DNA of 64,000 bases, from positions 92,429,908-92,493,907 of the forward strand of contig NC_068987.1 in NCBI RefSeq assembly GCF_001194135.2. The letters are read 5' to 3'. Position numbers and translations under genes: made by a program. The notes beneath the pieces are model-generated. The model searched no databases. It was given only the letters and a program-made list of their open reading frames with translations, and was not told the DNA's origin. This DNA is from Octopus bimaculoides. Lineage: Eukaryota. Shown piece after piece: positions 1 to 12,849 of the stretch (positions are counted from its first letter, which is position 1; each line of letters opens with the position of its first letter).

Positions 1-436
1 ATGTATGTATATATATATAGTTTATTTATGATTTAAGCCAGATATGATATTGGCAGAAATGCATTGTTGGTAGGAAATGTTTTAGTTAGAAATATTACTA
101 TTATTCACCGATAGTGAATAATTTGTAAATGCTATAACAAGATTAATGAGACAGGATATGGGAGAATGTAAGATTGTCGGAATGTTCGAACAAAACAATG
201 AATTTAAAATTTATTAGAATGAGATGAGACAAATTATTTATAATTATGCAGGAAATAGATATTTAAATATTCAAGATATCTTCGCGGTGTCTGAGTGCAA
301 GTAGTTTCACAGGATATGTAGTATTATATCTGGTGAAATTATTTGCATGGAAACGGATTAGATTTGTGAAATATTTAAATACTTGGAATCAGAAAGCTAT
401 TATCGTCAATACATCAAGTGGTTAAAGAATATACCT

Positions 437-503
437 TGCTCCAGCTTAAAGCAGTGCTCCAGCATGGCTGCAGTCAAACGACTAAAACGTTTAAAAGAGA
501 AAG
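437..503 (+). mobile_element. 3' end fragment of tRNA-derived SINE (family B)
   Basis: gtgctccagcatggctgcagtcaaacgactaaaacg...aaaaga matches the 3' end of the fuller copy at 59690-59745. Confidence 0.7.
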
Positions 504-512
504 AGCGTTTAC

Positions 513-703
513 CTTTCCGGTTTCTGTGCCTGAAGAGGAAATAACCACTCCGAAATGCATGAATTCTACAGTCTCGTTACGAGGTGCTGTGAGCTGACTC
601 GATGGCTTTCCATCTATTTGACTACAGCGAGAAACGTTATCCATGAAAAAGCACAGTGAATGTCTTTCATACTGGATCAAATATACCTGAAAACATATTT
701 CGA
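513..703 (-). CDS. Candidate coding exon of unknown protein (paralog copy 1): xEICFQVYLIQYERHSLCFFMDNVSRCSQIDGKPSSQLTAPRNETVEFMHFGVVISSSGTETGK
   Basis: Open minus frame (ORF 474-713). Acceptor aatttgctaccag| at 703 (alternative tgttttcag| at 686), donor AAG|gtaaac at 513. Colinear, gap-free paralog at 50197-50370. Strand and frame not proven. Confidence 0.4.
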
Positions 704-2076
704 CTGGTAGCAAATTGTACTAAAAATTATATATTGTAAGGAATTACATATGTTAATATGTTATATTTGACGAGAATTTAAGGTCCGATTCCTCAATTGT
801 GAATTTGAAGAATTTGCTCGTTGAAAGTAATTGTTACGTTTGATGTGAGGAATAAAATGAATTTCCATGATTTTATAGACAATCAAAAAGGCATAATAAG
901 AAAGTTAGGGAAAACATACTTAGAGGGTCCTAAATGTCACGTAATTCCACGTTCTTTAACATTAATGATGAATGTAAGATACTGTACGTAGTTTACTACT
1001 GCAAGAATTCCAGAAAATGGTCACATAATTGTCTAGATATAGGAAAATATATGCTATTTATTTGTCATCGTTAGCTAGTGCAAAGAATAGGTTCGAAACT
1101 AGTAAACTAGGATATATAGTCTTAAACTAAGTATAAAGAATACAAACCGTACAATGGTAAAAAATAAAACATGAAAGCTTCTATGAAATAAGATTTAAAT
1201 TTCAATCAGAGTAGATTCTTCAATATATTAGAAATTTAAGAGTAAATCATAGTGTTTATATGCGAATAGAGTCACCTTGCTAAGTGTAGATTTAAATGAG
1301 GGCTGTGCTGAAGGCATTTTAGAAGGATATCAAATGACCTGTACGAAAACAAATTATATGAAATGCTCAGGTATATGATACTAATCTAGACGTCAAGATG
1401 TATAAGTAAAATTATTGAAAAAGAAAGCATTAATCCGGATCATCTCCCAGTTATTAGCTGAATGAGTACACCGTTCCTCATTTAATCATTACTGCTCTAA
1501 CTTATCCCAAACAAACTTAGCTTCTCCATATATTCTAAATTCTGTCTTGTGAAATACTTTGCTCTTTTTAGACAACCTACAATTACAAGTGTAAGCATTC
1601 AATCATTTCAATATGTTAGAAATCCTTGTTGGAAGCAGAACTTCAAAATCACTTGCAAAGCTATTGAACATTCACAATACAATTGAGACTCAATGTAGTG
1701 CTTGTCGACCCGAAAGAACAAAAGTAAGCGTAATCTACTAATCGGTGTAGATCTCTCAAATTGAACATGCTGATAGAGTAAAACTCCTGCTATACATAGG
1801 TATTACGATATATCAATTCTCTATCACAGCAAATAAATTTATGACATCGTAGAATCCAACACTCAAATCTCATTTGGAAACGGCAGGTGTGCACTGCTGT
1901 CACCATATTTTCACTGCCACTTTTATTTCAGCAGCGCCATCAAACCGTCTGCGAAGCCTGTTCTTCACTGAACTGTAAAACGGGGAGGCACAAGGCACTA
2001 GAACTAAGCTTTGCACGAGATTGGAGACCAGTGCCAGTGTAATTTTCTTGTGAGGTTTCTTATTGTTCTGGTGAAT

Positions 2077-2167
2077 ATGGAATCTCAACCACTAAAAAAT
2101 CTTTGGTGTACTGTTATCGTCTTCTTACTCTTGTCCAACCCGAATGATCGTGCTAGTACCTATTTCT
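2077..2167 (+). CDS. Candidate first coding exon with signal-peptide-like sequence MESQPLKNLWCTVIVFLLLSNPNDRASTYF
   Basis: ATG at 2077, hydrophobic core LWCTVIVFLLL, phase-1 donor T|gtgagt at 2168; no homology recognised. Confidence 0.3.
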
Positions 2168-2471
2168 GTGAGTACTTAAAATGCCGTGGACCACATTTAG
2201 TTCGAATGATATAGCAACATGGACAATCAATTGTACATCGGCGCTGGTTTTTGCTAAACTGTAGTGCATTCTCATTTCGGGTTACGTAAATAAAGCTCCT
2301 ATTTCATTAAGCCGACTACCGCCTAATTATACTGATTAGTGAGTCAGTTTTTCGGTGTTTCATCATGGATATAACAATATAATCTAGGATAAATAACAAT
2401 AATTCTAGGATGGAATTTATAAATATTTGATACATCGCTACGCGCGTTTCCACTAATCATATGACTTTAAC

Positions 2472-2765
2472 ATCAGAGTTTGTATCCTTGTGATAGGTAC
2501 AGTATCGTCTGTTCTATCTGTAGATATCCGCTTGATCTTCATCATTGGTTCATTTCATCAAATGATACTGCATTAATGGATAAATCACAAAGGGATCTTT
2601 ATCAATCTGTGATAGCTAACATACTGTGAAGGGATAAATATCCCTCTGTGATTCATCCAATATTGCAGTATCGTCTGATCAAATAAGTCAATGATGATGA
2701 TCAATCGGATACCTAGGGATAATACGGACTATGCTGTACCCATCTCAAGGGGTAGGGACTCTGAT
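2472..2765. mobile_element. Fold-back/MITE-like palindromic element with ~125-bp diverged inverted arms and 43-nt spacer
   Basis: Arm 2472-2596 aligns to reverse complement of 2640-2765 (e.g. tatccgcttgatcttcatcattgg...gatactgca vs tatccgattgatcatcatcattga...gatactgca). Confidence 0.7.
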
Positions 2766-2846
2766 TTTGAAGTCATGTGACTTGCGGAAACATGCGTAAC
2801 GATGTATTAAATATTTATAAATTCCATCCTAGAATTATCGTTGTTA

Positions 2847-2891
<45 letters not shown>

Positions 2892-2901
2892 NNNNNNNNN
2901 N

Positions 2902-3059
2902 ATTAAATCGATTATATCAACCCCAGTGCGTAACTGGTACTTATTTAATCGACCCCGAAAGGATGAAAGGCAAAGTCGACCTCGGCGGAATTTGAACTCA
3001 GAACGTAGCTGGCAGACGAAATACCGCTAAGCATTTCGCCCGGTGTGCTAACGGTTCTG
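2902..3059 (-). mobile_element. tRNA-derived SINE (family A)
   Basis: Near-identical to copy at 33915-34085; B-box-like gagttcaaattcc on minus strand; core gtcgactttgcctttcatcctttcggggtcga. Confidence 0.9.
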
Positions 3060-3459
3060 TGTGTGTGTGTGTGTGTGTGTGTTTGTGTGTTTGTGTGTTT
3101 GTGTATAACTTAAATAATGAGGGTAGAAATTGATATCAATCAATTAACATTAATTTAAACCTGTGGTCTAACATATTTTAAGAAATCCGAAGATTTAAAA
3201 ATTATATTATAATTAATAAAAGGAATGACCACTGAACTGGATTCCTAATATGCTAAAGACAGACGTCAAATCGCCTTACCACGAAGAGTGTGTTCTGGAG
3301 AAAAAATCTCAACAAAGATGCCAGATTATAAAAATGAGCAAGACAAATGAAAATATACGAAAAGAACCCCCCCCCCATTATCTACGTATCATGATTTCGT
3401 TATTAACACTTGCATGATACAAAATGCAAAATGCAAATATCTGTGAATTCTCAGCGTAG

Positions 3460-4250
3460 TCTCTCTCTCTCTCTCTCTCTCTCTNNNNNNNNNNNNNNNN
3501 NNNNNNNNNNNNNNNNNNNNNNNNNNNNNNNNNNNNNNNNNNNNNNNNNNNNNNNNNNNNNNNNNNNNNNNNNNNNNNNNNNNNNNNNNNNNNNNNNNNN
3601 NNNNNNNNNNNNNNNNNNNNNNNNNNNNNNNNNNNNNNNNNNNNNNNNNNNNNNNNNNNNNNNNNNNNNNNNNNNNNNNNNNNNNNNNNNNNNNNNNNNN
3701 NNNNNNNNNNNNNNNNNNNNNNNNNNNNNNNNNNNNNNNNNNNNNNNNNNNNNNNNNNNNNNNNNNNNNNNNNNNNNNNNNNNNNNNNNNNNNNNNNNNN
3801 NNNNNNNNNNNNNNNNNNNNNNNNNNNNNNNNNNNNNNNNNNNNNNNNNNNNNNNNNNNNNNNNNNNNNNNNNNNNNNNNNNNNNNNNNNNNNNNNNNNN
3901 NNNNNNNNNNNNNNNNNNNNNNNNNNNNNNNNNNNNNNNNNNNNNNNNNNNNNNNNNNNNNNNNNNNNNNNNNNNNNNNNNNNNNNNNNNNNNNNNNNNN
4001 NNNNNNNNNNNNNNNNNNNNNNNNNNNNNNNNNNNNNNNNNNNNNNNNNNNNNNNNNNNNNNNNNNNNNNNNNNNNNNNNNNNNNNNNNNNNNNNNNNNN
4101 NNNNNNNNNNNNNNNNNNNNNNNNNNNNNNNNNNNNNNNNNNNNNNNNNNNNNNNNNNNNNNNNNNNNNNNNNNNNNNNNNNNNNNNNNNNNNNNNNNNN
4201 NNNNNNNNNNNNNNNNNNNNNNNNNNNNNNNNNNNNNNNNNNNNNNNNNN

Positions 4251-4314
<64 letters not shown>

Positions 4315-4320
4315 TTCTTT
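3460..4320. repeat. (CT)n microsatellite spanning assembly gap 3485-4250
   Basis: Direct reading: CT arrays on both sides of N run. Confidence 0.95.
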
Positions 4321-4739
4321 ACATATATATATATATTTATACAACAGAAGTTCACACTCACTGACAACACGCGCGCGCACACTTACATACATACACGCAC
4401 ATACACACACACACGCATCCCCACTTTCCCTCTCTCATTCACTCTACTATGGTTTTTATTTTCTCTTGTCAATACAAGTGTCATAAAGTTCCTTTTAGTT
4501 TTTCTCTCTCTGTTTGGCAATTATTTAATTAGCCAGTCTTGAATCTGACTTACCACAAACTGCCTCTTTCTCCTTTAACCTCTAATCAGCTTTCATTCCT
4601 CTCTTCCTCCAGATTTATTGATAAACATCTTTTCCCTCCTCTGTACAGAATCACTCAATCTATATCTATTTATTATCCGACTTTCTCATTGCCTTCCAGC
4701 AATTCTTATTCAACGCTTCATCAAATGGTATGAGATAAG

Positions 4740-5120
4740 CACTTCATCCTGTCCATTAAATAACAACTAGGCGAAATGGCAGTGAAGCAAAATGAACAAA
4801 AGCGAATGACATGAGGCGCAGTGGTGTGGTTAGAGGTGACATAGGTCTGGAGATTTGGGTGTGCGGCTGGAGTCTGGTCTGGTGATGGATAGGTCAGTGT
4901 GATAATGTCTGAATACGTTTGGGATAGCCGAAGTGAAGAAAGCTTGGATCCACTTGGAAGCCGCCCAAGGTATTACTGTATAAGATGTAAAGAAAAGGCA
5001 GCGAGAAATTCATTACTCTAATGACAGGTGGACACTTGTAGAGGGAATGTTCGAAGACAAAGCACCTTATTCAACCAGTGATGGCATGCGAATTATTGCA
5101 AAGACAAGTGGCAAGAGAAT
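4740..5120 (-). mobile_element. Highly degenerate LINE (CR1-like) 3' remnant
   Basis: Non-repetitive, GC-richer patch whose minus strand weakly resembles CR1-type C-terminal sequence; many stops. Confidence 0.25.
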
Positions 5121-5251
5121 AATTTGAGAATAAATTATAGATGTATATATATAGGTGTATATATATAGGTATATATACGTGAATATACATACACACCCAT
5201 ATACACACATACATACATATAAATATACATACATATGCGTATGTGTGAGTG

Positions 5252-5322
<71 letters not shown>

Positions 5323-5486
5323 NNNNNNNNNNNNNNNNNNNNNNNNNNNNNNNNNNNNNNNNNNNNNNNNNNNNNNNNNNNNNNNNNNNNNNNNNNNNNN
5401 NNNNNNNNNNNNNNNNNNNNNNNNNNNNNNNNNNNNNNNNNNNNNNNNNNNNNNNNNNNNNNNNNNNNNNNNNNNNNNNNNNNNNN

Positions 5487-5530
<44 letters not shown>

Positions 5531-8087
5531 GCAGGACAATCGAAATATATATACATGTATGTATATATAAAAGATATATCTGAGCATAGTTTGTTTTCCC
5601 TAACATAGATTTTCGTTAATTAAAATGTCTGTGATTTGTTGTTGACGGTTCTATAAATAGGGCTAATCGATAACTGAATGAATGCGTCTATAATCTAACA
5701 TACAATCACTTTTACTTTCGGTCTCTCACACACGCACAAATACACGTACACAGGAGTCATTTATACGCATATGAGTATGTGTGTGTGTGTTTATGGATGT
5801 ATTTACTCACGCACGTACACACACATATATATGTTTACGTACGTACATTCATACGCGAATGGTAAGATATATTTATTCATATACATGTGGGTAAATTTTT
5901 TTATGTGATTATATAGAAGTATTCATATAGATATCTGCTGAGACGGCTCCAATCTCGATTCATCTCAGAAAAGTGCAGCCGGATTATCTCTCACTTTGCA
6001 CATTAAAAGTATACACATTTTTTCTTTAAATTGTTAAACATACTAAAAGCAAGAGGATACGCCATCACTGTCAAGTTGACATTTGTAGACAAAAGTCGTT
6101 TAATGATGTGTTATACTCATCTTCTATAACAGAAACATTTTAAAGGTAACACAATGAAACATAAATTTTACATATATACCTCCGTCAGTCCGTCTACCGT
6201 CCCACTGTACGTACATACGTATACATGTTTGTATGCATTTATGTATGTATGTTTGTATGCATTTATGTATACTTGTAAGGTGCATTCCAGAAGTTTTAAG
6301 TTTTATTTGCGAGTTAAATGTATAACCTTTCTAGATTATTGCAATTTTAATATATTATTAATATATCATTACTATACATCTAGTAAGCTGACTCCCCAAA
6401 TTTGAGATTCCAGACTGAAGAACACATCTATAACTGCACTGAATGCACTTTACTGAAAAATGCTTGCCACAACTGAACTAGTTTGCAGAGTGTGGTTGGA
6501 ACGTGAAGACAAGGTAGAAATTCGTTCTGCATTGAAGTGTGTGCAAATTGGTCAAAAATGTATGGCATGGATACATGCGTACACAATACACACATACGTT
6601 TATTAGTATCTTGGATTTGTTTATGAATGCTAGAATTGGTGCGGCATATTGTAGAACCCAAAGTCATATTAGGAGAACATAGTCCAAATTTCGTCAAACA
6701 GTTTGCTTTGAACGTGCGATTAATTTTCATCTTAGAAATAAGTCTTCGTGGCAAAGATCTCAAATGAAAATCACTTTAGTATATAAAAAAACTGGTCGAT
6801 GAAGTAATAATTGAATTTGAATGGACCTAATTTGTTAGTGTGTGTGTGGTGTGGTCGGTGAACGCCAATGGATGTTATAACATCTCAATGAATTTTTCCT
6901 ACCATTAGGGAAAGAAGACTGTGCTTACATAGCGAATTTTAATTTATCAGATTAAATAAAATCGAACGAAATTTAAAACAACATGATGTGTTTATTTTTT
7001 TAAAGGAGAGATCTCAAGTTTAGATATCTGCAATTGTTCCTATTGGTGCCAGATATTATGCTAACATTAAGACAAAAATTCTGACGTAAACCATTTCGCG
7101 TTCAAAGCGGTATTTCATGATAGGTGAAGAAGCGTATCTTAAATATTAGTCCAATGGGATAAGAGGATACATGTGGACGTAAATGGTCGCTGAAGAGGTT
7201 AGAGATGTGTGACGAAATATTTCGGGACAATGCAGATAAGATCAAATAAAAACAGTAATAAACGAGTGAAGAACGAATACGAACATATAGTGTGTTTATT
7301 TGATAAAAAAAAAAGAAACGACCATCTCGAAATATAACAAAATCTGTTACGACACACGGTTTCACATAAAGAATCTTGCAACACAAATTCATAAACGTAA
7401 GTAGTTTTAATATTTAGATTAAATTAAAACAATTTGGTTACACTACCTACAATGCCCTATTCTAATCAATACTTCTGAAAAGATATCTATCGGATAGTGA
7501 ACATCACATAACCTAGAGTATTATATGGTAATGAAAGCTTTGATAACAGAATAAATAAATAAGGAATTAAAAAAAACTGTAACTGAAAATAATAGATAAA
7601 TATTATACATATTTGTAAATGCAAAAATACCAATATGCAAAGATGGGAACATCAATATGTAACTCTTTACATAAGTAAAAATTATATATACATACATACA
7701 TACATACATAAATCAACAGTAATATATTGTTCGTGATTACATATATATTTGTGCAAAAAAGGGACGATTAGCTTGGCTTAGAAATGTATAGGTGTTTATT
7801 TTATTTTTTGAACATACATGTATGTATAACAGTTTATAATATTCCACTTGTACATACATTCGTATGTTCAAAATAATATATTACAGATATCACTTTTAAT
7901 ACCATCGCTTAAAAAATAATAGGAGTAATACTTACCATGACAAAGTTCATAAATTTTACTTCCCCAATCTTTTTAGATTGTAATCAAACAGTATGAAGAA
8001 CAGTCAACACTTAGTTACATTCTTTTGTAAACCTTAAAATTCATGATAAATAAATTTCTAAACTACAAGCCACGCGGCCTCGGTATG

Positions 8088-8960
8088 TGTTGTGGAGGAC
8101 ACCCCCAAGTCAGAATGGCTGTTCCACAACTGATAAACAGTGGACAGATACAGCAAGTAGGGTCAGTCGGCGAGGTATGCCGCACGGGCCAGTCATACAG
8201 ATGATGAAATACGTCGTTATAATGCGGGAAATATTAGTGGCGACGAGGGTACTCCCCACTATATAACGGCGTCGTTCTAACAGTTGTAACAAGGTTACGA
8301 ACGCTCGTAGGAGTGTCCAAATGGAAGAACTACACACACTGAATAATCTGAAGAAGTATTTGAATTACACTCAGCGAAAACTGGAACAAAAATAGAAATG
8401 AGTTACAGACAGTGACAAATAATATCCACACAGTGAAAAATATATAAATTCTACCGAAAAAGGATTCTGAAGAAAAGAATGTGTGATAAAACTGGAACTC
8501 GAACACAGAACTGAACTATACACAGTGTAAAATGATATAAATCGGTTTCTGAGAGTTCTGTTAGGTCGTTATGTGTTAGTAACGCTACCGGTAAACAATG
8601 CAGACTAGTACTACATACGGCATTCTGTCGAGAAAAAAATTCCGTGTGGAAGAAAAAAATAATAATAAGTGAATGTGAAGGATTCTTGTCCGGTCGCTAT
8701 GCGTTAGTAGCTCAACCAGTACACGATGTAGACAGGTACTACCTGCAGCATTCTGAAGAAAATAAGTAATAATGGTGTGTGAAATCTCAAATGGGGAAGG
8801 TGTTGTGGCGGGCACTTTCAAGTGAGAAGTGGGCTGTTCCACTTCTGATAGATAGTGGGCAGGCACAACAAGCATCGTCAGCCGGCGAGGTATACCGTAA
8901 AAGGCCAGTCACGAAGACGACGATATACGTGGTCATAATGCGGGAGTTATCAATGTGACA
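8088..8960 (+). mobile_element. Diverged direct repeats (8088-8245 and 8801-8960), possible non-autonomous LTR element (TRIM-like)
   Basis: Both copies start TGTTGTGG and align over ~160 bp. Second copy is directly preceded by polypurine tract ggggaagg. Internal ~128-bp duplication at 8564/8692. Confidence 0.5.
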
Positions 8961-9154
8961 GACCTAAATAAATAAACCTAATTTCAAATCTCATGAGCTT
9001 AACTGAAGTGTTAATAATAACACGCGACACCCAAAAACATACTAAATCACATACACAGAGTTCAAATAGCATCAACAATTAAAGAAATGTGCTCACCATC
9101 GAAAACCTTTCACCCAACCATATTCGTCGAAACCTAATTCGAGAGGCACATGGT

Positions 9155-9205
<51 letters not shown>

Positions 9206-10327
9206 CTATGTACACACAGCGTATACTAAATACTGGGTAACATTCAATGAATAATATACCCGTATTTATCTGCATATCTTAACCCAATCGTATTCGTTAC
9301 AGGCTAAGCGAACGATCTTAATACTATGTATGAATTATAGTCACCTGTGAATCAAGGTGGGGTTGCCCAGTAGTTTTTGTAAATTACTTTCAAGTGTTCC
9401 TCAAACTATCCACTAATCTTTTGGAAAATTCCCACTAATTTTAGCTGGATGTATTTGCTGTATAATGTTTCCCTGGAGACTCTATGTCTGAAGTTAAATA
9501 TGCCACGAACATATCTGTCATTTCTTTGAACATACGTTTCGCTCATCATGGTTGAACGAAATACATAGGGCAAAAAAAAACAAAAAAAAAACAAAAAGAA
9601 CAAAACAAATAACACACAAACTCTTTCTACTTCTACACATCTGCAAATTATAAGATATTATAGATAATATAATATCATCTATAATATCATTATCAATGAC
9701 AATAACAAGAAAAACAACAGCAAGGATCCAATATGGAAGTCGAGCCAATATGGCATTCTCATATCCAAATCGCCGTCAAATTGCACCTTAGTCTTAAAAT
9801 AGTTGGATTCTTTGGACAATATAGTAGTGGATAAACCAAAAAGAGAACTTGGCCACGACAACGCCATATTTGATCATAGGCCAGTTCGAATAACAGCAAC
9901 GAGAACAACCGTGTATGCAATATGGTCTCTAATACCAGCAAATCACTACTTTGGCTTGTCATATAAATTCATGAAGTTACTGCAGTAATACAGAGATTTT
10001 ATAGTTTTATATTTTCGATTTCTGTGCGAGGCAGAATAGGAAGCAAACTGTAGCCAAGTTAATTATCAGAATGAAAAGATGTGCAAACTCAATGCTATTT
10101 ACATTATAAGGGCTATAATTTGGAAATGTCATTCACAGATATAAGATGGAGAAGCAAATAACATTACAATAAAGACATTGAGATGATTCACAAAAGTTTA
10201 AGGCTATCTTCTTGGTATTCGTGCCAAAACTTTTCACAAGAACCTCGATGCATATATTTATCATTATCGTTTTCTGTCTCTCTCTGTACATATTTTATGT
10301 ATGTATGAATGTATGTATATACATACA

Positions 10328-10700
<373 letters not shown>

Positions 10701-12426
10701 CTGTCCCTATCTCTTTCTCTCTTTCTACAAAGATACACGTGTGTCTGTTTGTGTAACTTCGTATGTCGGTATATATATATATGTAGGCAAGCAATACTTT
10801 TATGTAATACACAAACATACATATAGATATTCAAACACGTCTCTATGTATGCATAAAAATATTCTTTATAATGTTGATAAAGTATAATCTCCGACCGTAA
10901 GATGCTGGCTATATTTAAATAAATGTATTCTTGTCCAGCTTGAAAATCATGAAATACCTGTATGTATGAACTTGTGGTTCTTTAAACATAAACATTTTTG
11001 GAAAAATAAACCGACTGAAGATTTGATCGACTCTAGAAAATGAGGCTAACTTGCAATAGAAACTTGAAAACTGTGAACAACATGAATACTCAAAAACCTG
11101 AAAATGATATTCACCCAGAAAATATTCTCAGCGACCATGCTTTATAGCCTGGAGAAAGCAGTGACATATGCAACCAGTATCATATATGTTACGAACTTCA
11201 TCGGTATTGATAGCGTTGGAATGGCTGTTGATAAATTCCAGAACAACTTCTGTCAACAGTCAAAACACTATAGAAAAATATGAGATCGGATGAGATAATA
11301 ACGATGCATATCTGAATTGCTTTTTGTTTTGTAGGTTCTAATATAAATATAATCCCTATTATCAAATGGCGAAACATATATATGTTATCGTGTGATACCA
11401 TATATTTGACGTGGTATTTACATTAAAGAAATGACGATATCCTGAAACACGAAACTGAAATATTGAATAAACAGATATGATTAATTCCTACCTCTCCTCA
11501 CAGTGCATTTGCTTTTTCAATTACCATAACGATATACCGATATCAGAAGCACGAAATCCCAAAAGAACACGATATTTTCTCTGCTATCTTCAAATAATAT
11601 ATCACGAATTAATTAGTAGTAACGCCGGCTGAACTCTCCTGGCTAAGTAGGCCTTGAAGTTTTCCTCGAATAAATGAAATTGAAATTGAAGAAATTCAAG
11701 GGGGAGAATGGATGCCTGATATTCTGTGTTTAGAACGTATTTGTATAACTTTCACTCTGTGTGTTACGAAACAAACATTTAATTCTCAAGCCATTCAAGT
11801 AATGTGAACGTGAACTGCAGGCCAAAATAGTAACGTGAGGCAGTGAATATACGAATATGTTAGGTTGTGTACTGTATGAAATGATGCTAAATTTATAGAA
11901 CTCTAGAGTGTTCAAGATATCAGTCGTAAGACAATTATTACTCATTGAAAGTGTTTGCAGGTTAATTATCAATTACACGATGCAACATAGATGTACATAC
12001 GTATATACATACATTCGTATGTTATATATAAATACTTCTCGTGCATACATACGTAAATTCGTATATACATGCATATATATATATATATATATATTCATAT
12101 GTGTGTGTGTGTGTGTAAGTATTATTACATGAGCACACTTGTATTAACTGAATGGCTATTCATAATGTCAGTGACTAAACTTTGACTGTTACTCTGAATT
12201 TCCCCGGATTTGTCTTATAATGCACCTCGTGAGATAACTAATTACCTACCTACCTACCTACCTACCTAAATCCCTCCGTACCTTCCTACCTACACACACA
12301 CACTCACACGCCTTCAAAGAACATTTCTGTCTTTATTTCTTAACTGCTGGGGTTGTACCTTAGCACACACTTGCCATTGCTCAAAGATTCTACCATATTC
12401 CCTAGCATCTTCTGGTCACAGAGCAG

Positions 12427-12849
12427 TTATGCTATAAGCTTGGGTATTGTGAATCCGCTGGACTCTTGAAATAATTCATTGAATCCCAGTGATTCGTGCC
12501 AATGTTTGCAGTTGTTGCTTTCCCAGTATTTGGTTCTTTCACTATCGCCTTTCATTTTTTTAGGCCTACTTTTATGTGTACATATTTTCTGAAAAGTGTC
12601 AGCATTGTAGAAATCTATCGCCTTCTGGGGATTTCGAACAATCTGCACACTATTTTCCCTAAGAACTTCGTGACGGTTCATTGCTTCTGCCGAAATTCCC
12701 TCATTTCCTTGCAATGAAGAAGAACTGGAAGATATATTCCGATAGAGGAAGAGTTCCTCTACATATGCTTCTTTGAGAGTTTTAGCTAAAATATCTCTCA
12801 ACCCACTGCTCGGCAGATGTAAGTAGTGGAACTTGTCCCTTTTTTTCAT
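12427..12849 (-). other. 140-codon non-repetitive open frame of unknown identity (exon or TE remnant)
   Basis: Among the longest non-repeat ORFs in the window; the same frame continues upstream across one TAA; no confident family match. Confidence 0.25.

Noticed and set aside
12773-12826. LRVLAKISLNPLLG resembling PolB motif B (Polinton-type)
   Set aside because: Isolated 14 residues bounded by stops; no other PolB motifs nearby
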